A stretch of DNA of 50,808 bases, taken from sequence record DRR723986_1345, one strand, 5' to 3'. Shown here one piece after another: positions 8,445 to 18,000 of the stretch (its first letter is position 1; the number at the start of each line of letters is the position of its first letter). The position numbers were made by a program, and so were the translations under genes. The notes under the pieces were generated by a model. The model searched no databases. It was not told the DNA's origin and saw nothing but the letters and a program-made list of their open reading frames with translations.

Positions 8445-10301
8445 ATGACCCGCCTGCTGACTCAGCCCGAAATCGACTGGAAGGACGACGGCACGCCGGT
8501 CGCCCGGGCGGCCGGCGATGTCTATTTCACCGCCGGGGACGGATTGGGTGAAACGCGCGCCGTATTCTTGGCCGGATGCAATCTGCCGGAAGCCTGGAGC
8601 AGCCGGGAAACCTTCACAATCGCGGAAACAGGTTTCGGCACCGGGCTGAACTTCCTCGCAGCATGGGATATCTGGCGCGAAACTCGCCCCTCCCCGACCG
8701 CATTTCTGCATTTTGTCAGCTATGAGGGCTTCCCGCTGGCCTGCGAGGACGCTGCGCGGGCCCTGTCGGCCTGGCCCGAGCTGGCGGACCTGTCGGAAAG
8801 GCTGATCGCGGTCTGGCCAGGCCCTGTACGCGGTGTGCGCCACTTCGTCTGGCCGGAAGACGGCGTGTCGCTTACCCTCCACCTCGCTGATATCGCTGAC
8901 TCTTTCCCGGACAGCGTTTACCATGCCGATGCCTGGTTTCTCGACGGGTTCAGCCCGGCGAAGAATGAGGCGATGTGGGCGCCTGATCTGTTCAAATGGC
9001 TAAGTGAACGCAGCGTACTGGGTGCGCCCGCCGCAACCTTCACGGTCGCGGGCGCCGTGCGCCGTGGACTTGCCGAGGCCGGCTTTTCCGTAGCCAAAGC
9101 ACCCGGTCATGGCCGCAAAAGAGAGCGTCTGGAGGCCCGGCTGGCCTCGCCGCCAACACCCAAACCGGATGTTTTCGGCCTCAGCCGGCCCCTGCCCCGC
9201 GCGAACCGCGTCGCCATTCTCGGCGCCGGCATCGCCGGGGCGAGTGCCGCCCATGCGCTGGCGCAACTCGGCGCCGGTCCGGTGATTTTCGACCCTGCAG
9301 ACGGCCCGGCAACCGGCGGCAGCGGCAATCCGATGGGCCTCGTCATGCCCCGGCTCGATGCCGGAGACACAGCGCAGGCCCGGCTGCTGCTCGACGCCTA
9401 TCTCGCCGCGCGGCACACCTATGCCGGACGGCCGGGTGTCACGGAAACGGATGTCCGGCAGGTTCCGAAAGATGACGCGGAAACTGCCCGGTTCGAAAAA
9501 CTGCTGGCCGACCCGCCCTTGCCACTGGAAGACCTGGAAGCACTGTCCGGCGGTGGCCTCTTGCACAAGCGTGCTCTGATCGTGGAGCCAGCAAAACTGA
9601 TCCCCTCCCTGCTGGAGGGCGTGGAACAGCACTATGGCGCCGCACCGGAGGTCGATCTGGCAGCCCGGACCGTGAATGGCGCCGCGTTCGATGCGATCAT
9701 CCTCGCCAATGGCATGGCAGCGGGCGGCATGCTGCCCTGGCTTAGCCTTGAGGCGCGTATGGGCCAGGTGGATTTCACCGAAGGCCCTGCCGACGCGCCG
9801 CCTTTCGCCATGGCAAGCGGCACCTATGCCCTCGCGCTCGGCCAGAAACGGCTATGGGGCGCGACCTTCGACAAGGTTGCGCCGGATACGGTGCCCTTCA
9901 CGTCAGATGCTGCGCGCGAAGAGAATTTGAAAGGCGTCGAAACGCTTTCTCCCTTCTGGGTCCGGGATACCGGAAACGCAGATATCGCCTCTCGCGCCAG
10001 CCTGAGGGCGACCACTTCGGATCGCCTGCCCCTGATCGGCGCAGTGCCCGATCACGATGCCTTCCTCGAAACCTTCGCCGGAATGCGGAAGGGGCGCCCG
10101 GCAGATGCGGACGCCCCTTTACTGGATCGTGTTTTCATTTCGTCCGGCTTTGGCGCCCGCGGGTTCACCTGGGGGCCTTGGGCCGGGTCTGTGCTCGCCG
10201 CCCGCCTCTGCGGTGCACCTGCCCCGGCCAGCCGGTCCGCGCTGGAGGCGGTTGCCCCGGCGCGACTGCTGCTGCGGGCGTTAAAGCGAGGTCGCGCCTA
10301 G
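8445..10301 (+). CDS. mnmC: Bifunctional tRNA mnm5s2U34 biosynthesis protein MnmC
   Basis: [34 protein letters not shown] methyltransferase domain, then FAD domain GAGIAG, GGSGN, DRLPLIG, GFGARG. Confidence 0.92.
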   Translation: MTRLLTQPEIDWKDDGTPVARAAGDVYFTAGDGLGETRAVFLAGCNLPEAWSSRETFTIAETGFGTGLNFLAAWDIWRETRPSPTAFLHFVSYEGFPLACEDAARALSAWPELADLSERLIAVWPGPVRGVRHFVWPEDGVSLTLHLADIADSFPDSVYHADAWFLDGFSPAKNEAMWAPDLFKWLSERSVLGAPAATFTVAGAVRRGLAEAGFSVAKAPGHGRKRERLEARLASPPTPKPDVFGLSRPLPRANRVAILGAGIAGASAAHALAQLGAGPVIFDPADGPATGGSGNPMGLVMPRLDAGDTAQARLLLDAYLAARHTYAGRPGVTETDVRQVPKDDAETARFEKLLADPPLPLEDLEALSGGGLLHKRALIVEPAKLIPSLLEGVEQHYGAAPEVDLAARTVNGAAFDAIILANGMAAGGMLPWLSLEARMGQVDFTEGPADAPPFAMASGTYALALGQKRLWGATFDKVAPDTVPFTSDAAREENLKGVETLSPFWVRDTGNADIASRASLRATTSDRLPLIGAVPDHDAFLETFAGMRKGRPADADAPLLDRVFISSGFGARGFTWGPWAGSVLAARLCGAPAPASRSALEAVAPARLLLRALKRGRA

Positions 10302-10490
10302 TGCATCGGCAGTGCGGATCACCGCCAGGCGCAGGCCGCCATCCTCATGCGGAGTGAAAGACAATTCCAGCCCCGCCATTTCGAAGGCCACATGGCCTTG
10401 CATCATTGAAAATCCGACCATGGCCGCCACGATGACCAGCGTGATTGCAAAAATCAGCCAGTTGCTGGTCAGATAGGTCCCCTTACTCAT
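10281..10490 (-). CDS. Small single-TM hypothetical protein downstream of pspC
   Basis: AAGGA RBS; N-terminal hydrophobic helix; co-oriented with the psp operon. Confidence 0.55.
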   Translation of the reverse strand: MSKGTYLTSNWLIFAITLVIVAAMVGFSMMQGHVAFEMAGLELSFTPHEDGGLRLAVIRTADALGATSL

Positions 10491-10552
10491 TGTTCCGTTC
10501 CTTTACCGGAGTCTGTCAGTTAGTATTTCCGCCGTTATTTATTTTGTACGGA

Positions 10553-11005
10553 TCAGTTATTGCCCTGTTCGAGGTCCCGGAATTCCTTGCGCAGGCGCCA
10601 CTCGTCCGAGGTGACCTTGCGCTCGATATTCCGAAGACGTTCGTCCATGTCCATGAAGGTGTATTTGAGATTGCCGAAGGTGACGCGCGGCCGGTCTGAA
10701 ACGTTGCGCCAGAAAGCGTCTTCATCAGGAGAGACCGACGCCAGACCAAAAGGGCGGCGGGGCGTGATCATCCAGATGGTGACGTAAGCGATCAGGGCGA
10801 GCGGCCCCATCACGAAGAAGAAGGCAAGCACGGCCAGGACGCGGACCAGGACAGGTTCCCAGCCGAAGCGCTCGGCGAGGCCGCCGCAGACACCGGCGAT
10901 GACCTTGTCTTCGCGGGAGCGGTAAAAGCGCTTGGGATTGGGGGAGCCATAAATCCGGTCTTCGCCGTGAACGGCATCGCGGTATGGGCGGGAGTGGCGG
11001 GACAT
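10553..11005 (-). CDS. pspC: Phage shock protein PspC
   Basis: FYRSREDKVIAGVCGGLAERFGW PspC domain plus C-terminal ERLRNIERKVTS helix. Confidence 0.92.
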   Translation of the reverse strand: MSRHSRPYRDAVHGEDRIYGSPNPKRFYRSREDKVIAGVCGGLAERFGWEPVLVRVLAVLAFFFVMGPLALIAYVTIWMITPRRPFGLASVSPDEDAFWRNVSDRPRVTFGNLKYTFMDMDERLRNIERKVTSDEWRLRKEFRDLEQGNN

Positions 11006-11016
11006 CTAATTATTCC

Positions 11017-11274
11017 TCAGTCGTCAAAAGTGGGGCGGGAGTGGCGAGGCGGCGAACGGTGTTCCTCCGCCTCCCCCGCTTCGAGCAGGCGTTCGAGTGT
11101 TTCGATCCGGCGCTCCATCGCTTTGGCGGAGCGCCAGAGATCTTCCATCATCCGCTCATCGTCCGGCATCAGGGTTTTCTGTTTCCGCCACTGGGTAATG
11201 TAGTGGAACATGACGGCGGGAAAGCCGATGAAAATGATGCTGACGATGGCAATGGCGAATACTTCTTCGGGCAT
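11017..11274 (-). CDS. pspB: Phage shock protein PspB
   Basis: TM helix, HYITQW, MERRIETLERLL. Confidence 0.9.
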   Translation of the reverse strand: MPEEVFAIAIVSIIFIGFPAVMFHYITQWRKQKTLMPDDERMMEDLWRSAKAMERRIETLERLLEAGEAEEHRSPPRHSRPTFDD

Positions 11275-11384
11275 CAGGCGGCCTCATTTTTCTTGGCGCG
11301 GCGGTCTTCAAGTTCCATGGCCACCAGGCCAGGCGTGCAAACCACCGTCAGGAAGCCGGCGAGGCAGGCGAGCGAAAACAGCAT
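11274..11384 (-). CDS. 36-aa membrane peptide between pspA and pspB
   Basis: MLFSLACLAGFLTVVCTPGLVAMELEDRRAKKNEAA; GGAGG RBS inside the pspA 3' end; TGATG stop/start overlap with pspB. Confidence 0.65.
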   Translation of the reverse strand: MLFSLACLAGFLTVVCTPGLVAMELEDRRAKKNEAA

Positions 11385-11388
11385 GTGA

Positions 11389-12069
11389 TCAGCCCTCCGA
11401 CTTCTTGGCAGACGACTTGGAACGCTTCGCCTTCAGGGCGGCGAGTTCCTTCTCGATGCTTTCGTCCTGCTCAAGAGCAGCGAACTGGGCTTCGAGCGTC
11501 GGCTCCGCGCCGCGGATCTGGTCGGCATAGGCTTCCATCTCGTCGACCTTGCGCTCGATATTGCCATAGCGGGCAAGCGCTTCGTCGACCCGGCCGTCAT
11601 AGACCTGGCTGCGCATGCGGATCCGCTGTTCGGCAGCCTCGCGGCGCATCATCAGGGCACGATGCTTTGCCTTGGCTTCGTCAAGCTTGGCCTGAAGTTT
11701 CGCCAGATCGTCCTGGCGCTTCTCAAAGGCTTCCTCGGCGGCGGCCATCGCGTTCCTGCGGCGGTCGATTTCGGCTTCGGCCTTCTGCTTGGCGATCAGG
11801 GCACCGCGGGCAAGATCTTCACGGCCCTTGTCGATGGCGAGCTCGGCCTTGTTGGCCCAGTCGTCACGCACGGTGGTGAAGTGGGCGATGTCGCGTTCCA
11901 TTTCCTTCTTGTCGGCCATGGCACGGGCAGCCGCGGTACGGACCTCGACCAGCGTGTCTTCCATTTCCTGAATGATCAGGCGCGCGATTTTTTCGGGGTT
12001 CTCGGCATTGTCGAGCATCGAGTTGATGTTCGAGTTTATGATGTCACCGAGGCGGGAGAACAGACCCAT
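11389..12069 (-). CDS. pspA: Phage shock protein PspA
   Basis: MGLFSRLGDIINSNINSMLDNAENPEK...MEDTLVEVR...AELAIDKGREDLARGAL. Confidence 0.95.
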   Translation of the reverse strand: MGLFSRLGDIINSNINSMLDNAENPEKIARLIIQEMEDTLVEVRTAAARAMADKKEMERDIAHFTTVRDDWANKAELAIDKGREDLARGALIAKQKAEAEIDRRRNAMAAAEEAFEKRQDDLAKLQAKLDEAKAKHRALMMRREAAEQRIRMRSQVYDGRVDEALARYGNIERKVDEMEAYADQIRGAEPTLEAQFAALEQDESIEKELAALKAKRSKSSAKKSEG

Positions 12070-12097
12070 TGTGGTGTCCTTTCGTGTCAGGGGAGGA

Positions 12098-12229
12098 TTA
12101 GAAGAAGAAACCGCCGAGGAAGACGCCCGCGGCAAAGAACATCCAGGTCTCTGCGGAACGGGTCGACAGCCACCGGCCAAAACGGCCTGTGTCCGATCGG
12201 GCTTCTGAGCGGGTGTAACGGTCTTCCAT
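12098..12229 (-). CDS. 43-aa tail-anchored peptide, first gene of the psp operon
   Basis: MEDRYTRSEARSDTGRFGRWLSTRSAETWMFFAAGVFLGGFFF; AAGGA RBS; lies between the sigma54 promoter and pspA. Confidence 0.65.
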   Translation of the reverse strand: MEDRYTRSEARSDTGRFGRWLSTRSAETWMFFAAGVFLGGFFF

Positions 12230-12287
12230 GTTTTGTTTCGTCCTTCTGGTTTCGAGCAACGCCCGTCGCTCTGAGCCCTTTTCTCAT

Positions 12288-12303
12288 TTCAAGGACCGTG
12301 CCA
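12288..12303 (-). promoter_or_regulatory. Sigma54 -24/-12 promoter of the psp operon
   Basis: Minus strand TGGCAC-GGTCC-TTGAA (consensus TGGCAC-N5-TTGC); divergent from pspF. Confidence 0.8.
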
Positions 12304-12320
12304 GACCAAAATTAATTTTG

Positions 12321-12437
12321 TAACCTATTGTTTTTACTGGATTAAAAGGTTTTTTGCGCCTTGACCCACAATATATTTTAGCGATATCTACTATTTTTTT
12401 AGTCGAATAATAATTCTTATTTAGCTATATTGACGAA
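12321..12437. promoter_or_regulatory. AT-rich enhancer region: IHF-like site (12321-12333) and PspF UAS-like palindrome (12378-12393)
   Basis: Minus strand AAACAATAGGTTA resembles WATCAA-N4-TTR. TTAGCGATATCTACTA is an imperfect palindrome resembling the enteric PspF UAS as recalled from memory. Confidence 0.55.
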
Positions 12438-13538
12438 ATGATTGGCCAAAACACACAATTGATCGGGGAGTCCCCGGCTTGGCTCAGTGCGCAGGAGCAT
12501 GTCTCCCGCGTCGCACCGCTGGAACGCCCAATTCTCATCATCGGGGAACGAGGCACCGGCAAGGAGCTGATCGGCGAACGCCTTCACTTCCTGTCGAAGC
12601 GGTGGGAAGGCCCCTTCATCAAGGTGAATTGCGCCGCCCTCTCCGAAACGCTGCTCGACAGTGAATTGTTCGGGCACGAGCGCGGAGCGTTCACGGGCGC
12701 GACCGAGCAGCGCAAGGGACGGTTCGAACTCGCCGATGGCGGCACGATCTTCCTCGACGAAATCGCCACAGCGTCCCAGCAAGTGCAGGAAAAATTGCTC
12801 CGCGTGGTCGAGTACGGCGAATTCCAGCGCCTAGGCGGGTCACGCGTGCTGACCACGAATGTGCGTATCATTGCCGCCACGAATGCCGACCTGCCCGCCA
12901 TGGCAGAGGCCGGCGAGTTCCGGTCTGACCTGCTCGACCGTCTGGCTTTCGACGTGATTACACTGCCCCCGCTGCGCGCCCGGCGCGGCGATGCCAGCCT
13001 TCTGGCGGACTTCTTTGCCCGCCGGATGGCGATCGAAATGGGTCAGGATTTTCCAGGCTTTGCGCCGTCCGCCATTGCCGCGATCGAATCACATGACTGG
13101 CCGGGCAATGTCCGCGAACTGCGGAACTTCGCCCAGCGCCTGACCCATCGCTCCATGGTCATGACACCTGGGGAGCCCGTCGTATTCGACCCCGCAGCCC
13201 TGGATCCATTCGAATCCCCCTGGCGGCCGCAGACATCACCTGGAAAGCCGGTTCCAGCGCCAAAACCCTCCTCCCCGCAGGTGAGCGATCCCGGCAGAAT
13301 CGACCCATCGATCACAGCCGACTTCCAGGCACAGGTGGCAGCCTTTGAGATGCGGTTGATCGATGAGGCGCTCAGCTGGGCGAAGGGACATCAGGGCCAG
13401 GCCGCCGATGCGCTGGGCCTGACATATCACCAGTTTCGCGGCCTTCTGAAAAAGCACGACTACGGAAAAAAGCCCGGCAAACCAAAAGAGGATGAGGAAG
13501 GTACGCCCATCAGCGGCAGCCCCCGCCCCGCCATGTAA
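12438..13538 (+). CDS. pspF: Phage shock operon sigma54 activator PspF
   Basis: GERGTGKE, ELFGHERGAFTGA, IFLDEI, EKLLRVVEYGE, DLLDRLAFDV, WPGNVRELRN, LGLTYHQFRGLLKKH; no N-terminal sensory domain. Confidence 0.95.
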   Translation: MIGQNTQLIGESPAWLSAQEHVSRVAPLERPILIIGERGTGKELIGERLHFLSKRWEGPFIKVNCAALSETLLDSELFGHERGAFTGATEQRKGRFELADGGTIFLDEIATASQQVQEKLLRVVEYGEFQRLGGSRVLTTNVRIIAATNADLPAMAEAGEFRSDLLDRLAFDVITLPPLRARRGDASLLADFFARRMAIEMGQDFPGFAPSAIAAIESHDWPGNVRELRNFAQRLTHRSMVMTPGEPVVFDPAALDPFESPWRPQTSPGKPVPAPKPSSPQVSDPGRIDPSITADFQAQVAAFEMRLIDEALSWAKGHQGQAADALGLTYHQFRGLLKKHDYGKKPGKPKEDEEGTPISGSPRPAM

Positions 13539-13540
13539 CC

Positions 13541-13715
13541 TCAGGCGCCGCAAACCTCATTGATCCTGTCGATGAGCTGTTCAAAGTTGATCGGATTCGT
13601 CATCACCATGTGATTGGGATAGCGTTCCCGAAGGTGGAACGTGTCATTGCCCGACAGAAAAAAAGGCTTGCCTTCGCTTTCCAGCCGCTGGGCAATGCGG
13701 AGAGATGTCCCAGCG
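13541..13715 (-). pseudogene. Possible remnant of a single-domain response regulator (C-terminal half)
   Basis: GTSLRIAQRLESEGKPFFLSGND...VMTNPINFEQL resembles the alpha3-beta4-beta5 part of a receiver domain; no N-terminal half and no convincing start. Confidence 0.3.
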
Positions 13716-13887
13716 CACCTGTCAAACCGGGAAATTTTCCGGGGGCTGCACGCCTGAGAGGCGAATTGACGGTTTGTAACGCCGCACCCTCTTTTTGCCG
13801 GCCCAAGTCTCGCCCATCTCTCCAGTAGGAGTCGCGTCGTGCGATATTCTGCGCCATAATGGCGAGCCAAAAAGAAGGAGACCGCTC

Positions 13888-14481
13888 GTGCAGATACAGA
13901 TTACTGGCAAGCATATGGATCTCGGTGAAGCTCTTCGGGGCCGGATCGAAACGGGGCTGGAAGCGGCGGTCAGTAAGTATTTCAATCGAACTGGCGATGC
14001 CCGCGTATTCGTATCCCAGCAGGGCCCGTTCGTGGAAGTGGACTGCAACGTCCACCTGCCCTCGGGCATCATTCTGCAATCGACCGGCAAGGCCGGCGAC
14101 CCCTATGCGGCGCTGGAAGACAGCCTGGACAAGATGGAAAAGCGGGTGCGCCGATACAAGCGCCGCCTGAAGGACCATCATGCAGGCAACACCACCATGC
14201 CCATCGAACCGGCGGCGGAATCTGTTATCCAGGTAAATGCATATGATGCCGAAACGGATGAAGAGCTCCCGGAAGCTTCTGACGATACCCCTCTAACCGT
14301 CGCCGAAACCGCTGTTCACATCCGGACGATGAGCGTTTCCGAGGCAGTAATGCAGCTGGAACTGCAGGAAGTTCCAGCACTCATGTTCAGAAATGCTGGC
14401 CATGGACGCCTGAATATGGTGTACCGCCGCCCGGACGGGCACATTGGTTGGGTGGATCCAGCAGACGCCTCCAAAAACTGA
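13888..14481 (+). CDS. hpf: Long ribosome hibernation promoting factor
   Basis: GTG start after AAGGAG; QITGKHMDLGEAL, EKRVRRYKRRLKDH, MSVSEAVMQL, VYRRPDGHIGW. Confidence 0.92.
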   Translation: MQIQITGKHMDLGEALRGRIETGLEAAVSKYFNRTGDARVFVSQQGPFVEVDCNVHLPSGIILQSTGKAGDPYAALEDSLDKMEKRVRRYKRRLKDHHAGNTTMPIEPAAESVIQVNAYDAETDEELPEASDDTPLTVAETAVHIRTMSVSEAVMQLELQEVPALMFRNAGHGRLNMVYRRPDGHIGWVDPADASKN

Positions 14482-14504
14482 GGCGGCCAACGGAAGCGAG
14501 TTAC

Positions 14505-14975
14505 ATGGCGACCGATCTGAGTTCCCTGCTTGAAGGCGGGGTTATCCTGCCGTCGTTTGATGCGACGAGCCGCAAACAGGCGATACACGCTCTGGCAGAA
14601 GCCCTGGCCGAAGCGACCGGCCTTGGCCCACGCCAGATCGAGGACGCCGTGATGGAACGCGAGCGGCTGGGCTCAACCGGCGTTGGGGAGGGCGTTGCCA
14701 TCCCGCATGCGCGCATTGAGGGCCTCGAAAAGCCGGTGGGCGGGTTCCTGAGGCTCGACCATGGCGTTGATTTCGAGGCCATAGACGAGCGACCCTGCGA
14801 CCTGATCTTCATGCTGCTGGCACCCAAATCCGCCGGGGCGGACCATCTCCGTGCCTTGGCCCAGGTCTCCCGCGTCTTCCGCCAGGGTGCCGTACGCGAC
14901 GCCTTGCGCGCTGCCCACACAGAAGAGGACGTTCGCGCTGTGGTCTGCCGGGAGGCCGCCGAACCTTCGGTCTGA
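14505..14975 (+). CDS. ptsN: PTS IIA(Ntr)
   Basis: ERERLGSTGVGEGVAIPHA, GADHLRALAQVSR; follows hpf. Confidence 0.92.
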   Translation: MATDLSSLLEGGVILPSFDATSRKQAIHALAEALAEATGLGPRQIEDAVMERERLGSTGVGEGVAIPHARIEGLEKPVGGFLRLDHGVDFEAIDERPCDLIFMLLAPKSAGADHLRALAQVSRVFRQGAVRDALRAAHTEEDVRAVVCREAAEPSV

Positions 14976-14998
14976 CCCGGCCAAGCACCTGAAATCAG

Positions 14999-15028
14999 AA
15001 ACCCGCCGGGCCAATCGGCGGGTTTTTT
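14999..15028 (+). terminator. Intrinsic terminator after ptsN
   Basis: AAACCCGCCG-ggccaat-CGGCGGGTTTTTT. Confidence 0.85.
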
Positions 15029-15153
15029 CATGATCCCGGTTTTCCTGCGGACTCGGTGGACTGTTGAGGAAATCTGAAGCGTTCTTCTGCCACATTGCAA
15101 TCCTGCCGTGTGATAGTCATCTGCCGCTGACTGATATCGATAAGGGGTCTGCC

Positions 15154-15975
15154 ATGTCCGCTGACGCGACCGGAGCCGCCGCTGGGGCCGCTCGAGTCAA
15201 TCCGAATGCGCCGACGGAAGAAACCGTCCTTGCGGTCGAACATTACACCGACCGCCTGTTCCGCTTCCGCATCACCCGCCCGCGGAGCTTCCGCTTCCGT
15301 TCGGGCGAATTCGTGATGATCGGCCTGCCCAAGGAAGACGGACGACCGCTGCTGCGCGCCTACTCGGTCGCTTCCCCCGCCTGGGACGAGGAATTGGAGT
15401 TTTATTCCATCAAAGTGCCGGATGGTCCGCTGACCTCGCGCCTGTGCCACATCAAGCCCGGCGACAAGGTGCTGCTGGGCAAGAAACCGACCGGTACGCT
15501 GGTGCTGGACGCTCTCCTCCCAGGCAAGCGGCTTTACATGTTTTCAACCGGGACGGGATTTGCACCCTTCGCGAGTCTTGTGCGCGATCCCGAAACTTAT
15601 GAGCGATATGATGAGGTCATTGTCACTCATACATGCCGCGAAGTAGCAGAATTGACCTATTCGCGAAATTTGGTGGCCGATTTGGTTAACGACCCTCTCG
15701 TAGGGGAAATGGTCGAAGGGAAGCTCCGCCTCTACACCTCCTGCACGCGGGAGCCGCACGATCATCAGGGCCGAATCACGGACCTTATAGAATCCGGAAA
15801 ACTCTTTGAAGATCTGGGGGTTAAGCCGCTCGACCCTGCCACGGACCGGGGCATGATCTGCGGCTCCATGGAGATGATCCAGGATACCAAGTCCCTCATG
15901 ATCAAGGCCGGCCTGACCGAGGGTTCGAACGCCTCACCCGCTGAATTTGTTATAGAAAAGGCATTTGCGGGCTAG
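15154..15975 (+). CDS. fpr: Ferredoxin--NADP reductase (subclass I)
   Basis: FRSGEFVMIGL, LLRAYS, GPLTSRL, TGTGFAPF, MICGS, terminal EKAFAG. Confidence 0.93.
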   Translation: MSADATGAAAGAARVNPNAPTEETVLAVEHYTDRLFRFRITRPRSFRFRSGEFVMIGLPKEDGRPLLRAYSVASPAWDEELEFYSIKVPDGPLTSRLCHIKPGDKVLLGKKPTGTLVLDALLPGKRLYMFSTGTGFAPFASLVRDPETYERYDEVIVTHTCREVAELTYSRNLVADLVNDPLVGEMVEGKLRLYTSCTREPHDHQGRITDLIESGKLFEDLGVKPLDPATDRGMICGSMEMIQDTKSLMIKAGLTEGSNASPAEFVIEKAFAG

Positions 15976-16022
15976 CCAAAGCCATGGCATCTACTCAGCC
16001 ACTTTAGCTGGGAGGCTGAATT

Positions 16023-16424
16023 ATGACGCGCAAACTGGCAGGCGCCGTCGTAGGTATCGTGTTAGCCATGATGGTCGTCGCCCTCATTCAGATGGTGGGC
16101 CATTTCCTGTTTCCGCAACCTGAGCTTCCCGCGAACCCCTCTCCACAGCAGGTTCGCGATGCGGTTGCCGCCGCCCCCGTCGGCGCGAAGGCAATGGTTG
16201 TGCTGTCCTGGTTCCTCGGGGCGCTCGTCGGCGTCTGGGCCGCATTGCGGATCTCAAGAGGTGCCCGCCGTTCGGCGCTCGTGGTCGCCGGGGCGGTCTT
16301 GCTGCTGACCATTGCTGTGCTTCTGTCGGTCTCCCACCCGACCTGGATGGTCGCCGGCGGTCTGCTGCTGCCTATCGTTGCGACCTTCCTCGCCACCCGG
16401 ATCGTGCCCTTCGCCGAAGCCTGA
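16023..16424 (+). CDS. Hypothetical 4-TM membrane protein
   Basis: GGAGG RBS, four hydrophobic segments, HPTWM motif. Confidence 0.7.
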   Translation: MTRKLAGAVVGIVLAMMVVALIQMVGHFLFPQPELPANPSPQQVRDAVAAAPVGAKAMVVLSWFLGALVGVWAALRISRGARRSALVVAGAVLLLTIAVLLSVSHPTWMVAGGLLLPIVATFLATRIVPFAEA

Positions 16425-16497
16425 CCGGAAAGACCGATCCCTCTCGACGCGGTTTAACCATAAGGCTAGGTTTCCCCCGTGTGGAGGATCTGATCCG

Positions 16498-18000
16498 GTG
16501 AACCGAATTAAGCATTTCTGTCAGACTTTTCTGGCCCGCGCGGCGTTGGCCTGCGCTTGCCTTCTTCTGCTGCCCGCCGCCTCAAACGCTGAAACCCGAC
16601 TTGGCCTGGTCATCTCCCAGACCGACTACACCGGAGATCTCTCCCGGGTCACCAGCGCCAGCCTGGAGGCCGACACGATCGCCAGCGCCCTGATCGAGAC
16701 CGGTTTTGACGTCACCCGCGCGCACGACCTGAACAAGCGGGACCTGACGGCAACGCTGAATGCCTTCCGCCGCAGGGTCGACGCAGCCGGGCCGGATGCC
16801 GTGGCCTTCGTCTACTATACCGGCCATGGCGCCCAGCACCCCGAAAGCGGGGATTCCTACCTGCTGGGTGTCGATGCGGAACTGGTCGCCGCCTCTGACC
16901 TCGCCTTCTACGGTCTTGACATGCAAACCCAGCGCGACGGATTTGCCGCAACCGGCGCCCGCGCGATCTTCCTGGTCTTCGATGCCTGCCGGAACGTGCC
17001 GGGCTTTTCCGGCTACAAGGCCGGCGTCAAAGGCCTCTCCCGCGTGGAAGCGCGGCCGGACATGCTGATCGCCTATGCCACAGGCCTCGATGATGTGGCC
17101 AAGGAGGGCGTCTATGCGCCGGTGCTGGCCGAAGAGATCCGCCGGCCGGGCCAGAAAGCCGAAGACGCCTTCGCCGCCGCCCAGCGCCGCGTGGCCGGCA
17201 GGACCAACCGGTCGCAGCTGCCCTGGACCAATAACCTTCTCTACAACGAGTTCTGCTTTGCCGCCTGTGAAAAGCCGGCGGTTACCGAGCGGCCTGAGCC
17301 ATTTGAGCTCGAAATGTCCGGCTCTGAGCTCGATCAGGCTTTCCTCGCCGTCTATGGTGATAGCAGCAAAGCGACCGTGGAAATCAAAGCGGAAGAAGAT
17401 TTCGGTGGCCAGATGGAGACATTTACTTTCGAGCCTGCCTTCGCCGTCAAATTCGATGACTACATCGCCTTGGTCTCCAAAGGGACAAACAAGGAAGACG
17501 CCCACGTCGCCGCCGGTCGCATCAGCGCCCACTACATCAAGGCCAGTGAGGTAATCGGAACCTGGCAGGATCTTGCCTATGGCAATGGTTTCGGCATGCC
17601 GCCAGACTATTCGCTCCGCACCGGCCTTCTGAATTACCCGACCATGATGGTGAAAGCCGGGTGGACGGGACAGGGTTTCACGGTTGGCAAAGAGGACATC
17701 ATCGAGATCACGCCGGATGGCCCTGTGTTCCGAGCGAGCATCACCACGCTGGAAGATACGACTGGCTCTGTCTACGACGAAATGAAGCCCTGCGTCCTTG
17801 AGGGAAAGATCAAACCATCCCGTTCCAATGCCGACTCCTTTCAAGTCGACTACAAGTTCACCAGCGATATCAAAGGCGAAGACCGTCTGGTCACCTACAC
17901 GCTCGACCCCACGTCGGGGGCGTACGTGCCGGATTTCGAATATGAGCCGGAAATCTGTGTAACGCTCATGTTCGATGCGCTGGAAGCTGGCGGCAACTAA
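16498..18000 (+). CDS. Secreted caspase-like (peptidase C14) protein with an unknown C-terminal domain
   Basis: Signal peptide, RLGLVISQTDY, YYTGHG (His), VFDACRN (Cys), LIAYAT, QLPW. Confidence 0.8.
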   Translation: MNRIKHFCQTFLARAALACACLLLLPAASNAETRLGLVISQTDYTGDLSRVTSASLEADTIASALIETGFDVTRAHDLNKRDLTATLNAFRRRVDAAGPDAVAFVYYTGHGAQHPESGDSYLLGVDAELVAASDLAFYGLDMQTQRDGFAATGARAIFLVFDACRNVPGFSGYKAGVKGLSRVEARPDMLIAYATGLDDVAKEGVYAPVLAEEIRRPGQKAEDAFAAAQRRVAGRTNRSQLPWTNNLLYNEFCFAACEKPAVTERPEPFELEMSGSELDQAFLAVYGDSSKATVEIKAEEDFGGQMETFTFEPAFAVKFDDYIALVSKGTNKEDAHVAAGRISAHYIKASEVIGTWQDLAYGNGFGMPPDYSLRTGLLNYPTMMVKAGWTGQGFTVGKEDIIEITPDGPVFRASITTLEDTTGSVYDEMKPCVLEGKIKPSRSNADSFQVDYKFTSDIKGEDRLVTYTLDPTSGAYVPDFEYEPEICVTLMFDALEAGGN

